From NCBI GenBank assembly GCA_001002325.1, contig LCNZ01000007.1, positions 26,763 to 90,762 on the forward strand: DNA of 64,000 bases, written 5' to 3'. Both the position numbers and the translations under genes were made by a program. How positions within the stretch are numbered: position 1 is the first letter of the stretch; each line of letters begins with the position of its first letter. The stretch comes from Candidatus Amesbacteria bacterium GW2011_GWB1_47_19. Its GTDB lineage: Bacteria; Patescibacteriota; Microgenomatia; CAZETR01; Amesbacteraceae. Of this stretch, positions 63,612 to 64,000 are shown piece by piece. The notes beneath the pieces are model-generated. The model saw only the letters and a list, made by a program, of their open reading frames with translations, was not told where the DNA came from and ran no database searches.

Positions 63612-64000
63612 ATGGCGACGAGAAGAATTGTCAGAAAAGCGATGGAGTCTGAAGCGGAGCCGGTGATTCGAACACCGGTGATGCTGCAGAAAAGCTTTTG
63701 GGATAAGACCGGGCCTGTGCTGATGGTGGTGATGGTGGTAATGGCATTTGCACTGGGATCTTTGTGGAGTAAGGTCAAGTATCTGGAGAAAGGGGCGACG
63801 GGAAATACCACAGCCAATCAACCGCAGGTTCAACCACCTCCACCTCCGCAGGTTGAAATAACTTTGGATCAGGTTAAAAGCCTGTTTAAAGAGGGAAACA
63901 TCGTTTTCGGAGACAGCAGTAAGAAGGTGTTGTTTGTGGAAATTTCCGATCCCAGCTGTCCCTACTGTCACGCGGCCGGGGGTGTGAATACGGAAATATA
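63612..64000 (+). CDS. DsbA-like thioredoxin-fold protein (3'-truncated)
   Basis: N-terminal TM followed by EISDPSCPYCH; frame open to the window end. Confidence 0.85.
   Translation, partial: MATRRIVRKAMESEAEPVIRTPVMLQKSFWDKTGPVLMVVMVVMAFALGSLWSKVKYLEKGATGNTTANQPQVQPPPPPQVEITLDQVKSLFKEGNIVFGDSSKKVLFVEISDPSCPYCHAAGGVNTEI

Noticed and set aside
102-63971. Many long antisense ORFs in the six-frame track
   Set aside because: They are shadows of motif-bearing genes on the opposite strand and have no recognisable motifs of their own.
1-64000. CRISPR array or DGR
   Set aside because: No repeat-spacer pattern, cas gene, reverse transcriptase or TR/VR pair was seen; the arrays are contiguous short units.
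1-64000. Alternative genetic code (UGA as Gly/Trp)
   Set aside because: TGA ends many full-length genes and no conserved gene is interrupted by it.

Overview
A 64-kb chromosomal window from a small-genome bacterium. Gene content (archaeal-type TPI, class I FBA, split transketolase, class II RNR, ATP-dependent ligase, VirB4/DUF87 ATPase, twin class A PBPs) is typical of Patescibacteria/CPR, most likely Microgenomates (inference). It holds a central-carbon gene cluster interrupted by toxin-antitoxin pairs, nrdR-nrdJ with a PduO-type adenosyltransferase, DNA repair genes and three tRNAs: Ile(UAU), Met(CAU) and a CAU tRNA split by a 193-nt group I intron. FtsH carries a 426-aa LAGLIDADG intein in its Walker A motif. 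Two HTH/LAGLIDADG-like genes lie between the two CAU tRNAs. The most unusual signal is a family of short periodic elements (about 54-nt 7-7-7-7-4/5-7-7-7 arrays, 6- and 8-mer arrays and two GC-rich palindromic cores) inserted in frame in more than a dozen housekeeping genes, including the MutM zinc finger. Many genes also have a -10 box about 6 nt before the start codon, suggesting pervasive leaderless translation. All calls were made by eye from motifs; no database searches were run.
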